A stretch of DNA of 64,000 nucleotides, taken from assembly GCF_009914755.1 (NCBI RefSeq), contig NC_060939.1. The stretch is one strand, 5' to 3'. The stretch is from the human T2T-CHM13v2.0 reference genome, Homo sapiens. The notes below the pieces were generated by a model. The model had not been told where the DNA came from, made no database searches, and was given only the letters and a program-made list of their open reading frames with translations. Made by a program: the position numbers and the translations under genes. Positions 27,523 through 44,929 of this stretch are shown piece by piece (the first letter of the stretch is position 1; every line of letters starts with the position of its first letter).

Positions 27523-28550
27523 GCTGGTGGTTCCAAGATGGAAGAATAGGAACAGCTCCAGTCTACAGCTCCCAGTGTGAGCGATGCAGAAGACGGATGA
27601 TTTCTGCATTTCCAACTGAGGTACCAGGTTCATCTCACTAGGGTTTGTCGGACAGTGGATGCAGGACAGTGGGTGCAGCACACCATGCGTGAGCTGAAGC
27701 AGGGCGAGGCATTGCCTCACCCAGGAAGTGCAAGGGGTCAGGGAATTCCCTTTCCTAGCCAAGCAAAACTGTGTCAGATGGCATCTGGAAAATCGGGTCA
27801 CTCCCACCCTAATACTGTGCTTTTCTAATGGTCTTAGCAAACGGCACACCAGGAGATTATATCCCGCACATGGCTCAGAGAGTCCCACGCCCACGGAGCC
27901 TCGCTCATTGCTAGCACAGCAGTCGGAGATCGAACTGCAAGGCAGCAGCAAGCCTGGGGGAGGGGCACCCGCCTTTGCTGGGGCTTGAGTAGGTAAACAA
28001 AGCAGCCAGGAAGCCTGAACTGGGTGGAGCCCACTGCAGCTCAAGGAGGCCTGCCTGCCTCTGTAGACTCCACCTCTGAGGGCAGGGCATAGCCAAACAA
28101 AAGGCAGCAGAAACCTCTGCAGACTTAAATGTCCCTGTCTGACAGCTTTGAAGAGAGTAGTGGTTCTCCCAGCATGGAGTTTGAGATCTGAGAAGTGACA
28201 GACTGACTCCTCAAGTGGGTCCCTGACCCCCAAGTAGCCTAACTGGGAGGCACCCTCCAGTAGGATCAGACTGACACCTCACATGGCTGGGTACCCCTCT
28301 GAGACGAAGCTTCCAGAGGAACGATCAGGCAGCAACATTTGCTGTTCAGCAATATTCACTGTTCTGCTGCCTCCGCTGCTGATACCCAGGCAAACAGGGT
28401 CTGGAGTGGACCTCCAGCAAACTCCAACAGACCTGCAGCTGAGGGTCCTGACTGTTAGAAGGAAAACTAACAAACAGAAAGGACATCCACACCAAAACCC
28501 CATCTGTATGTCACCATCATCAAAGACCAAAGATAGATAAAACCACAAAG
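27523..28550 (+). promoter_or_regulatory. L1 5'UTR: internal sense and antisense promoter region, with the 129-bp ZNF93-target segment at 28294-28422
   Basis: The segment between GGGTA and TCCAACAGACC, absent from L1HS/L1PA2, is present here. Many CpGs have decayed to TG/CA. Confidence 0.8.
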
Positions 28551-29402
28551 ATGGGGAAAAAACAGGGCAGAAAAACTGAAAATTCTAAAAATCAGAGTGC
28601 CTCTCCTCCTCCAAAGGAACACAGCTCCTCACCAGCAATGGAACAAAGCCTGATGGAGAATGACTTTGATGAGTTGAGAGAAGAAGGCTTCAGATGATCA
28701 AACTTCTCCGAGCTAAAGGAGGAAGTTCGAACCCATTGCAAAGAAGCTAAAAACCTTGAAAAATGATTAGTCGAATGGCTAACTAGAATAACCAATGTAG
28801 AGAAGTCCTTAAATGACCTGGTGGAGCTGAAAACCATGGCACGAGAACTACATGATGAAGGCACAAGCTTCAGTAGCTGATTCGATCAACTCGAAGAAAG
28901 GGTATCAGTGATTGAAGATCAAATGAATGAAATGAAGCAAGAACAGAAGTTTAGAGAAAAAAGAATAAAAAGAAATGAACAAAGCCTCCAAGAAATATGG
29001 GACTATGTGAAAAGACCAAATCTACATCTGATTGTTGTACCTGAAAGTGACGGGGAGAATGGAATCAAGTTGGAAAACACTCTGCAGGGTATTATCCAGG
29101 AGAACTTCCCCAACCTAGCAAGGCAGGCCAATATTCAAATTCAGGAAATACAGAGAACACCATAAAGATACTCCTCGAGAAGAGCAACTCCAAGACACAT
29201 AATTGTCAGATTCACCAAAGTTGAAATGAAGGAAAAAATGTTAAGGGCAGCCAGAGAGAAAGGTCAGGTTACCCACAAAGGGAAGCCCATCAGACTAACA
29301 GCAGATCTCTCAGCAGAAACTCTACAAGCCAGAAGAGAATGGGGGCCAATATTCAACATTCTTAAAGGAAATAATTTTCAACCCAAACATGCCAAATTGT
29401 AA
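28551..29402 (+). pseudogene. L1 ORF1p remnant
   Basis: ATGGGGAAAAAACAG start; in-frame TGA at 28695 and TAA at 29163; C-terminal deletion at ~29386 (CAACCCA joined to AACATGCCAAATTGTAA). Confidence 0.92.
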
Positions 29403-29465
29403 AGACCATCGATGCTAGGAAGAAACTGCATCAACTAACGAGCAAAATAACCAGCTAACATCATA

Positions 29466-33291
<3,826 letters not shown>

Positions 33292-33486
33292 ACAATGAGA
33301 ACACTTGGACACAAGAAGGGGAACAGCACACACCAGGGCCTTTTGTGGGGTAGGGGGAGGGAGGAGGGATAGCATTAGGAGATATACCTAATGTAAATGA
33401 CGAGTTAATGGGTGCAGCACACATGTATACATATGTAACAAACCTGCAGGTTGTGCACATGTACCCTAGAACTTAAAGTATAATAA

Positions 33487-33504
33487 ATATATATATATAT
33501 ATAT
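33487..33504 (+). repeat. (AT)n microsatellite replacing the L1 poly-A tail
   Basis: AATAA followed by ATATATATATATATATAT, then the TSD. Confidence 0.9.
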
Positions 33505-35699
33505 AAAACAACTGCATTTCATTTGAAATGTATAAAGAGAAGGAAGTTGAAATTGTATATGTCTCAAGTTGTGCTGTAAATGTAGCCATGTAAATGAGCA
33601 TAATTATTACTTTGTGGCACCCTGTTAGTTTTTCACACAGGTAAAATATGCTCTCCTAAGGATATAAAGTAAAAGCCTAGTGTTGTCTGACTGAATTTGT
33701 GATGTGCTCATTATGTTGCTCACTACTACTCACTAAATAAAACTAAGTGATGTTCCCAATGCATGGACACTAATAATTTTAGTCTTCAGTTCCCCCATAA
33801 AATTAATATTGAGTAATAGTTCCTAGGGAGCCACACACAAGCAGGTGAACGTGTGCTCGCATACACACGCACAAACAATCACCCATAAGAACAGTGCAGC
33901 TCCTGCTGTACCTAGATTGTTTGCAGACTAAGAGAAGCAACTGCAGAACAAATTCTGGTTCTCACTCTGCCTCCATAAAAGAGGTCTGGATTAGAGGTGC
34001 TCCTCAGTTATTTAGAGCTGGAGCAAACAGAAGGCCTAACTGTGCAGATGAACTTCTCATTCTTTTATATGAGGCAGCAAAATAAACACCTTAACACTTC
34101 ATGGTTCCCAGAGTGCATTAGTTACTCGGTCCAATATCATTCTAATTCTCCTCGTAGTTCATTGAATTTGAGCCTGTTAGGAGATAAAATGTATCTTTAG
34201 CTACTATGTACTTATTCCAATGACTCTTTGGTTGATGGATGACTTTCTGATTTTTTGAAACAATGCCAGCCCAGGGCCTTGTGGTGGCTGTACAGTGCAT
34301 GAGACCTCTTGTTGTGCTTCGGGGTGCGGGCTGGAAGGGAGGGAGGGAGGAAAAGAGGGAAGGAGGGGGCTCTGCTGTACGAGGTCTGGCTCAGTCATTT
34401 TTAAAATCAATACTTGCTCTCCAAGCCTTGGATAATTTAGAGAACATAATTCAGAATTTTCCCTTTCAGCATGTATCCTCCATCAAGGGGGTGTTTTCAT
34501 CTAGAGTCAGCACAATGCTTGTGTGACCCAGGAATGCACAGATAAGGTTAAAAAGAAAGAAAGAAAAAGTGCATTTTATTCTTTCTCTCTCTCTAAGCAT
34601 CTTTTGGATCTCGCATATGTGTGTTAGTATGCCTCATTGTGAGTATCTCTACTTAGAACAGAGAATTGAAATCATGGTGGCTCTTGGTATTACTTCATAT
34701 TTAAAGCTTTTGGTGGGAGGGAGTTTTCCATTATAAACCCTTAGCCTAAGGGATATCAGCCTTAGATAATTTATTCCCAGCAGGTCTAATATAGGATGCA
34801 AAACTTTCAGCCGAAGGGCTGTTAAATTCTGCTTTTCACCTCATTTCCAGAAAGTGCCATCTACTGTAGTGTTTTGCTGTAGAGATAAAATTTTGTGTTC
34901 CTATGTACAGAAACAACAGCTTCATTTGCTTAAAAACCGGCATGACGCCTATTATTTAATCCTTCAGACTCTATTCACTAGGTTGCTCTAAAAAAGGAGC
35001 CCCAGTGGAAAACATCTTGGTCATTTAAGTACAAAGAGCTTGAGATTTTACAGCAATTTTCCAATACTAATTACATTTCATACTATGTATCATATGCATG
35101 GCTTGCAAAACTCTATTGATTTTAATGGATACTAGTGCATTGGGAACAGGTTATTTTATGACATCTTATATTAGAGGACCTCTATGAAATACCTAGATCT
35201 TAAAATGTGGGCACAAATATACCCTCAATTATCCACAAGTGGATTATCCACTTGCTCTATTACCCACAACATATTTTAAATTAAAGCTGCTGTCATTAGG
35301 TGACTCAGTAGCCCTAGGCCAATTTCTATCATAACTTCTCTGTGCAGCCGGAAATGCAAACTCATTTTGATAGCCTTTTCTAATATGATGGGTGGGAATA
35401 TACTATTGGGGTTGTTGCCAAAAATGTAAGTGTAAAAGACTTTGACATTGTGTTTTGTTTTGGATAACCCTTTCAAATTAGCAAGATTCCTTCCCTCAGC
35501 AAGAAAAATCAAGATAGCAATTACAAGCGTGGGCTCATCAACCTGTTGTAAATATAAAGTATCTCAAGAAATAGCTTTGCCTGGTGCTCTCTGTAAATGA
35601 CTGGCAAAATAATTTGGGCTGAAATGCTACCTGATTTATGAGGTCTCCCTGCATTTGCCATTCATAATTGTTCAAGTCTTCTTCTGGGGAAGCCTTGAG

Positions 35700-35925
35700 T
35701 AGTGAAACAAAATCATGTGCTTTGGAATCAGGAAGATCTGGGCCTGAATTCTGTTTCTACAACTTCTTAGCCGAGCTATCTGGAAAAAGTAGTTAGCCTT
35801 GCTGAACTTCACTTTCTTTGTATTTTTAAATAGCCATAACAATATCTATGAAAATAATATAATATATGTAAAATTCATAACTGAGTGTTTGGCAAATATC
35901 ATGCACTCAACATACGCTTGTTTCT
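35700..35925 (+). mobile_element. MIR SINE
   Basis: GCTTTGGAATCAGGAAGATCTGGGCCTGAATTCTG...GCACTCAACATA. Confidence 0.65.
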
Positions 35926-36245
35926 TTCCCTTTTCCTTCCCATATCTATTTTTCATTAGATTCTGAGTTCCTTCAAAGTTGTAGCAATATTTAAGTCATG
36001 CTTGACACTATAGTATTTAATAAATTCCCTTAATATTTTGCTCAATTAAAGTCTGAATTTGATTTTTTAAAGTTTTATATCTAAAATAGTTATTTTCAAA
36101 TTTCCAAAAATTGGTTAAAATTATTTTACTGTTCATTTCATAGAAAGAATAAAAGCTGGGTTGATGTTTTCATGTGTAAATATCAGTAATTAGGCATGCG
36201 GTTTTCCTTGAGTACACAAATTTATCCTTAAGAATATTCTTAGCA

Positions 36246-36563
<318 letters not shown>

Positions 36564-36789
36564 TTATTAGCGTATATATGGCTGTATTATATGTGTATTA
36601 TACATGTATGAAGACCAAGTAGCAATGAAGATTAATAGCAGAAAAGACTCCTTAGCAAGTTCATAAATTCTTTTATTGCTTCTAGAGCTATTGTCAAGGC
36701 TACATGTTAAAATGAACATTTTGGTGTGATTAACATAACATGTATTTAAAATGTACAATATTTTACATTTTAAAATTAGGGACATATTT

Positions 36790-37451
<662 letters not shown>

Positions 37452-39078
37452 GAACACAATACAGCAAATCTTCCACAGACTTATAATTTTAATGTAAGCA
37501 TAAGTCCTTAGTGAAATGAACAATTTATTAACCCTGGGAAGTTAAAGATTTTTTTCATTGTGTTTTTTAGCCATGAACTACCTCTTTCTCCTTTGATGTG
37601 TCCAGTTGAAGTATCATAGTCATTGCTTAGCTATTTAGTTTGTGCCTTCTCTGTCCATGGTACTGAATGGTTCTGGCAGCAGTAATCGAATATTGCAACA
37701 AAGCGAAGCCAGGATAATTATGGTTACACTTCTGTGTGTTAGGTGACTGGCAACAAAACAGCAATATTATTCTTTTCAATGTATTTCTTTGTTTAATTTT
37801 TGAACCACATGTTAATTTTATTTAAATACTATGATTATAAGAATATATACTTTAAATATAGAAATAGTTTGCCCTTTATTTACACAAGAATACTTTTATT
37901 TACAGATCTTTGATGCTAAAAGCAGAATGGACTGAGAGATGCCTTGGACATAAGTGATTTCACATCTGTAACTATATCCTGCAAACATTTGTAGACACAT
38001 CTTGGGAAAGAAGCACTCATGCTTGCATCTGTTTCCAACATCTGTGCATTTAAGTCAGCAACAAAAGTCACCAGGCATTTGAGCTTTCCCTGCTATAATG
38101 TTTCTGATTTACCTTGACAGCGTGAGTAATCCAATCAAAGACAATATTCCTCTTGATTTCAGTAATGAGAGAGACTACACTTATCTGAAACCTGTGTTAC
38201 ATTCATCTCACCAATACAGTACTAATGAAAAGGACAAATAACTGAGTCTCTCTTGGTGGCCTGCATGCAACTGCTTAAATACATAAGTGCATAGCAACAA
38301 TATGTGAATAACATATAAAAATAAATATGTTCAAGTGCAGCAGGGTGAGTGGGTTTTGTAGGGTCAGTGGCGTGAATGGGGGTTAATTTCTGTTCAGTCA
38401 GGTGAGGTACAAATGCATCAACTTTGCTGGAAAATAGTTCCAATTGTGGCTAAATGGTCTAGTTTCCTGCAGGATACAAGCAGCCTATTATTTAGTGTTT
38501 TAAAAGGCTTGTTCAAATTTGACCATTTGTATGGGAATCAATACAACAGAGGATGGGGACAAATATCAGAGGTCACACCAAGCACATCATCAAGGGCAGG
38601 TCCAAGTGCCCATAATTTCTCCAATAATCCAGGGGACAAAACCCCTTTTGGTCTGGTGGCACAAAGAGCTAGATGGTCTATTTTGCTATGGCAGGCCTCA
38701 TTTCATTAGAGATAAGATGACTTAGAGTAGGAACCGAGCTTGGAGTCCTTTGACTACCTAATTTTCTTAAGCCATGATTGAGATGAATCAGGAGGAAATC
38801 AAACCATTCTTTAGTAAATATGGGCCCACCAGAATAGCTGTATGGAAAAGGCAAGCTGCTACATGTGTTGTATGTAAGTGATGTAGATTGCCTCCAAAAT
38901 CTGCTGAAATTAGTCAGAAATGTGACAGATACTTAGGTTGTGTAGGTGAGGTGGAGTTATGAATGAATGAGGCAGATATTCCATTGTGGTTTGAGAAGAT
39001 AACTTCTAGCCCATGTATTTGTACATTTACTTATAATGAGTTTTTTAGTCTTGGGAACATTTGTGTAAAATTATGGTA

Positions 39079-39118
<40 letters not shown>
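39079..39118 (+). repeat. (CA)n microsatellite
   Basis: ACACATACACACACACA... about 20 units. Confidence 0.95.
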
Positions 39119-39122
<4 letters not shown>

Positions 39123-39301
39123 AAATCTTTCTTTTGACACCTAAGAAAGAGTCCCAAATCACAGATGTTGAATTACTGGAATTTCACTTGGCAAGGCATA
39201 TGTCTGAATCATTTGAGTCCAAAGATAGGATTAAATTGCTCAAGTTTTCTTTGAACAAAAAGAGAGCCATGATAATTTTACTTATATATTTATGTTTTGC
39301 A

Positions 39302-39323
39302 AACAACAACAACAACAACGACG
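39302..39323 (+). repeat. (AAC)n microsatellite
   Basis: AACAACAACAACAACAACGACG. Confidence 0.85.
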
Positions 39324-41699
39324 AAAAACAAATGTAATTTAGTAACACTCTAAAAGGTATGATTTTTTTGGGGTACAAATTACCAGGACTGCCAAGTAAC
39401 TGCCTCATTCTCCACTTTACCTGTCTTGGGAACCCACTTAACATTTTCAGTGCAATAAGATCTATTAATCTTGACAGACTTCAGTCTGAGTTGATTCTAC
39501 ACCCTAGATCCCTTTGCTTGAACAGGTTTTTGTTTTGGTTTTGGTTCCATGAAGTTTTTTTGGACTTACGCACCAAAGCATCCTTGCACAAATCAGTCCT
39601 TCACTTCCTTCCCAGGCATGGATCAGAATGAGTTTTGATACAGTGGGGAATCTTTGGCTAACTCCACTAAGTAGGTGCCATCTTTGAGCTGCAGACCAAC
39701 AGAAACATGGCCTAGAGAAAATGAGTTCATGGTTTGATCCAGTCTTCAGTCTCTATTACACATGCCTTACAGCTACTGGCAACTGCAAAAGAGAAATCCT
39801 GCCCATTTGGTAAAAAATTTACCTGAACATGAATCCACTGTAGGGCCTACCTCTGTGGGCAGTGACAGGAAGAAAGGCAGCCAGACTATCCATTCCTGAC
39901 AATTCTGTCTACAGATTCCTAGGGACATCTTGCTGGGGAAATTGCTCACCAGTGAATATTTGTTATCAAAGATTTTTAAACAGAAAGAATAAAAAAGCAG
40001 GCTGTGAAGTGTTTGCTTGTGTACTGAGATTCATGAGATAGAGAGGCAAGACATGAAAAACGTATTTTGTATCTATATAAGAAGTAACCAGTTTTGTGAG
40101 GAACTCTTTGAGGAACTGAGAAGTGAAAAACTCTTCAGTTAGAAAGGTGTTTTATTACATTTGTCTAAAACATCTCTTAGGCACTATAATAACGCACACT
40201 GAGTAAGGCTGCCTTTAAAAAAATCTAGAGTTGTCAACTTTTCTTGTCTATTGTAATTTAATGGCATTTAAATTTCTACTTTTATCAAAATTCATCTATA
40301 ATGATTGTATAGGATCATAACTTAAAATTATTTTAAAGAACCGGGACATTTTCATTTTCTTGGCTTGGAGGATACTTTGCATTTTAGGGATCTCCGTAAT
40401 TTTTTCCTTAAAAGAATTTGCAGTTCTTTTATTCAAGTAAGAAACACTTCTAAGCCTCTCTATTTTGCACTATAGGAAAAACTGAAATGCATTCTAGTGT
40501 CCACCCCACCCTCCCCCACAGCCCGAGTCACTTCGTGGGCCTCATATCTCTTAAACCACCTGCTAATCATAACAATTGCTAATTTGAGCCCTTTTTAGTC
40601 ACTTCTGGTGACAATGACAATGCCATCTAGTTTGCAATGGCCATGTGGTCAGTCCCCCACCCATCCTAGCAGGCTGCTGCTGTGCCTTTAGCTGGGGTCT
40701 CCATTGTTCTCCCGGCCTCTGCTGACCATAAGCAATTCCTTCTTCCCTAATCTCAGGGGATCTGCTTCTTGCACAATGGGGGCAGGGCCATTTGCTTTGT
40801 GTGCAAGATAATCTTCCACAGAATTTTTCACGTATGCACACATACACGTTAAAAAAATGACCTCTTTGGATGTGGGAGGATATATATCTATATATAGGTA
40901 CACACATATTAATACATGCACAGAAACATTTTTGTGTTAGCAATAACGATCTCTTATCAGTCCTGCCTTACACCTAGAGAATTACTTTAAAAATCTGGTA
41001 GCCGAGATATTTGCAAGTCTCTCAGTAATATCTTTTAATATTAATTATTTGGGTTTCTTTATGCCTTTTAAAAATTTTGTGATTCTTTTCTTCTTAGACA
41101 TGATAATGTCTAAGTTCTTCTTCACCTTAAGCGGCTGGAAGCCCCTGCATATCCTGCCCAAGCCTCAGGAAAGCATATTGGGAATGAATGTGAGACGGAG
41201 GTAGATGCGTGTCCGTGGCCTGGATGGATGATTGGAATTGAGGAAGAATTGATCATCTAAACTCGGCAGGGCTGCGCTCTACTCGGGAGCGTCTCTTGGC
41301 TGAATAGCAGATAAAATTTACTGGATTTCCATGTCTGAACCTTTGCGATCGCACTCTGTACTCCACTTTGATGGATTTAAAGCTGGTCATTATGATACAT
41401 GGCAAGTTGTAGCAGGAATAAAAGCGGGTCCTTTCAACCAGCCATTTTAATCAGGAAACAGTGTTACTCTGGCATCATTAAAGCTTGCCATATGCCATAG
41501 AAAGGGGTGAAACATACACTTGACTTTTAGGGCAGATTAAAAAAAAGTTTGATTTTACGGGGAGGCAGGGAAGAAGCAACCCAATAATATATTTAAAAAT
41601 ATTTATCTGTCTCAGTAAGCAGGGCGAATTTTTAAAAAGCCCCCTTTAGAATTGTGTCTCTCCTTTCCCCTAAAATGTTGAAGCGAATTAAAAAGAAAA

Positions 41700-41920
41700 A
41701 AGCTCCGCTGCGTCATTTCGGTTTTGTTGGGAGCGGCGAGGCTCCGGGGCTGCTGAGCACATCGAGAGCGCCCCCTAGGCGCTGGCACGTGGCTCTGCAG
41801 GAGGAAGCCACCGGTCGATCATCCCTGCGTTTGTCAGGCGCCCAAACCCACACACAAAGCCCTGGCACAGGCGGCGACGCGGCCTCTCTCCGCCCCCTGT
41901 CTGAGGAGGGACTCGGAAAT
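41700..41920. promoter_or_regulatory. Short CpG/GC-rich non-repeat patch (putative regulatory element)
   Basis: About 20 CpGs in ~220 bp against a CpG-poor background; includes TGCGTCA (41709), CACGTG (41786) and CCGCCCC (41890). Confidence 0.7.
41766..41785 (-). promoter_or_regulatory. CTCF motif
   Basis: Minus strand CCAGCGCCTAGGGGGCGCTC matches the CTCF core 3' half AGGGGGCGC exactly; the 5' part is imperfect. Confidence 0.7.
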
Positions 41921-44900
41921 GTCTCCACTTGTTTCAGAAATTTCCCATCGAGGCAGCACTGGGTACTCTTTTTGTGTGTACTTATGACAAAAATGCTTTG
42001 GAGAGTGATGGTGAAATTAAAGTTAAACGTGTAGCAGTCCAGATTGGTGTCCCCATTAAGGCTTAGGGCACAGATTCTGTGCCTCCGGTGCTCTGGGATT
42101 TGACTGGCCCTGCCTCATTTAGGTGGGAGCGTCCACTCTGGATATCTTGGTGGGGGCAAGGTTGTCTCTACTCTGCAAAAAGGATGAATGCCTCTTTAGA
42201 CTTCTAATCTGACACTGAAGGAAGCCACCTGAGAATAAAAAAAAGACACTGAATTTAGAGACCAAAGACTCCAATTTTCACCCTGGCTCTCTTGCTTAAA
42301 TGCTGTGTGACTTTGGACAAATCACTCCACTTCTCTGAGCTTCAGAGTGGTTGCTCCATAAAAGGAAGGGATTTGATCAGACATTTTCAGTGTTTATGCC
42401 CAGTTATAAAGCATGTCTTAACTTTAACACTGAACACGTTTGCTTTAAAGTGTGTCCATCAAGCCAACACAACACTTCATAGAAGTCTCGAAAGATCTAA
42501 ATTGGTTAAAAAGAACAGAGTGCATTTGTTTTGGGGGGCGATGTGTATTGGCTGCAGCCAGCAAAATGTCAATTCAATGGACTCTGTGGCATCTTCATAA
42601 CCAACCTGAATTCCTATTTGATGTTAGTTACTCTTCAAAGGTGAGCCAGTTGTCCAAACTGAGCAATGTTCCCCTCATTCTGACCGTCGCTTTCTGGCCA
42701 CATTGATCCAAATGGTGGTGTTCTCATCGTCTTGATCATCCCCACTGGCTGGCCACCCAATCACTGATGGATAAGTGTTTCTGCATTCACAGGATCACCT
42801 GTGGGCGCTTCCCTGGGTTGGCAGCCCCTGGAATCACTTTTCCTTGAGACCAGCTCATCTGCAGGTGCTTGTTTATAAAGGTGCCAGGGAAAGACTTGTT
42901 TTTGTGTGAAAGCTGCTCTGATGTGAGCAGTTGAAGGAGATGGACCTATGTTCCTGCCTGAGTAGGGATAACAGGAAAGTTACACAGGGGTAAGGCCTGT
43001 GATAGGGGCTGAGGATGCAGACCATAGATATTGGGACGCAGGTGCCAATGTAAGGGCCGAGCCCAATGCCTCAACAAGATGAGCACTCTGGGCTTTTGGA
43101 AAAGCCACATAGACACTTACCCACTCAAGGGTGGTAATTTGTGTCTATCAATAATAATGATGGTACTACTGATTACTTTTTCTTTCTCAGTTAAAACTCT
43201 GCTCTCTTTAGCCTCTGTGCATTTGACCAAGTAGTTCACTTACCTGAAAACCCTCTTTGAATTTGTCCAGTTGGCAATATCCCAGATTAAAAGCTTCTGT
43301 GCCAACCAGGTACTCCGAGCTCCTGAAGCATCCTCTGATATTGCAATATTTTTGTTATGTGATCAGCACTGATAGTTAGCTGGTATACACTGGTGTGGCC
43401 CCACAGTTGTTAAAATATCAAAGTGTTTATGTTCTGGCTAGTAAACAGCTACAGCCCAGGCCCAAAGAATGCCTCCCATTTCCCTCCTCCAGCCCTCTCC
43501 TAGTCTTCCCAAATTTCAGCAACTCAGCAGTTAAGACTTGCCCATCAGAGACGGGACCTCTGGGACTCAATGTTGTGTCCAGCCTCTGTTGACTGGTTGG
43601 TGCCTGAATCTTACAGCCTTTTAATTATAATTATTCTCTTAATTGCTTCCACTATAGAATGTGAGTCTTATTCCCAGTGCCAAAAATATATAGTGTCTGG
43701 AACTATGATGGTTGATGGAATGGACTTTTTGAGCATTCTTTTCTGTACCAGATTCCAGGCTAGGGGATTTGCATACATGACAGGAAGTCAGCAGTAGTAT
43801 TATTCTCCATTTCATTCTCATTGTTGGAGAAGATTCAAGGAAGGATATAATTTCCTGTCCAGTAACCAAATCTTACGTTGCAGAAAGTAAAGTTGAATTG
43901 TCCTAGAAGAAGAGGCGCTCCAAAAGGTGAAGGGAAAGAAATAGTTTGACCATGTGTGTGGGTGATTAGGGGTATGCGTTGGGGGGTGAGTAGCAAATGG
44001 TCATGCCCTACTGGCATGCAACATCCAAGTGGGGCAGGCTTTCCAATGAGTACTACCTTGATGTTAGAAGGTGGGTGGATGGTGATGATGATTAGACTCT
44101 AAGCACTATGGCTTTTGTGGTGAGCAATCTGGGTGTCCTCACTTTGTACAGAGGAAGGAAATCCTACTGCCTTTAACTGTCTTACATGGTTTTGGGCAAT
44201 GACATTCAGAGGTGATGATGATGGGCCAGGGTTGAAGCTCTGCTTCTGTTTTCTGATGCCACAAACACCCCATATTCTTTTCTAATTCCTTAGAGAGATT
44301 GAAGAAAGTGCTCCAAGAATAATAGAGGCTGATTTTTTTTTCCTTTCCACCATAGAGATTAGGGGCTTAGAGCTATATTCAAGATTTGATTTAAAAAATA
44401 AAGCAATATGACATCTCTTTTATCAATATAGCAAATTCATGCCAGCACCATGTATTATTTCAAGAAACATGTAATTAGGCTCGAAATCTAGAGCTTTCTT
44501 GCAATCATTTTGTTTTGTGCATGTGGGCTTCAGCTTTTATGGCAAGATTTTTTGTTAACTAGTTCTTTAGAGGTAAATTTTAGGTGCACATGGTCCATGC
44601 ATGTAAAGTTGTCATGTCGTTCTGTATTTTTATATTTTTCTTTTTAAATCTTAAAGCAAATTATTATAAATCCCTTAAGTAACCTCACTTGTTACAGATG
44701 TCTCATGAATATCACATCCAAAACCTAGTATCTGATCATGAAACTTGATTTAAAAGCAGCAATTTCTTCGCCATTTCCAGAGAATTACATGTTTAGGGGA
44801 AAACAATTTAAACTCAGTGTATTACAGAAGCAAAATAATTCTTTTCAGAACCTTGTGTCAGTCGAGTAGACAATCCTCTTGGTTGGTTGGCTTTTGTTTG

Positions 44901-44929
44901 GTCCAATTGGACTCAAAATATGAGCATGA

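Noticed and set aside
35229-35237. TTATCCACA, a bacterial DnaA box
   Set aside because: The context is human; a 9-mer match has no meaning here.
41654-42034. 126-aa ORF across the CpG patch
   Set aside because: Non-ATG start; an open frame is expected in GC-rich DNA; no recognisable homology.
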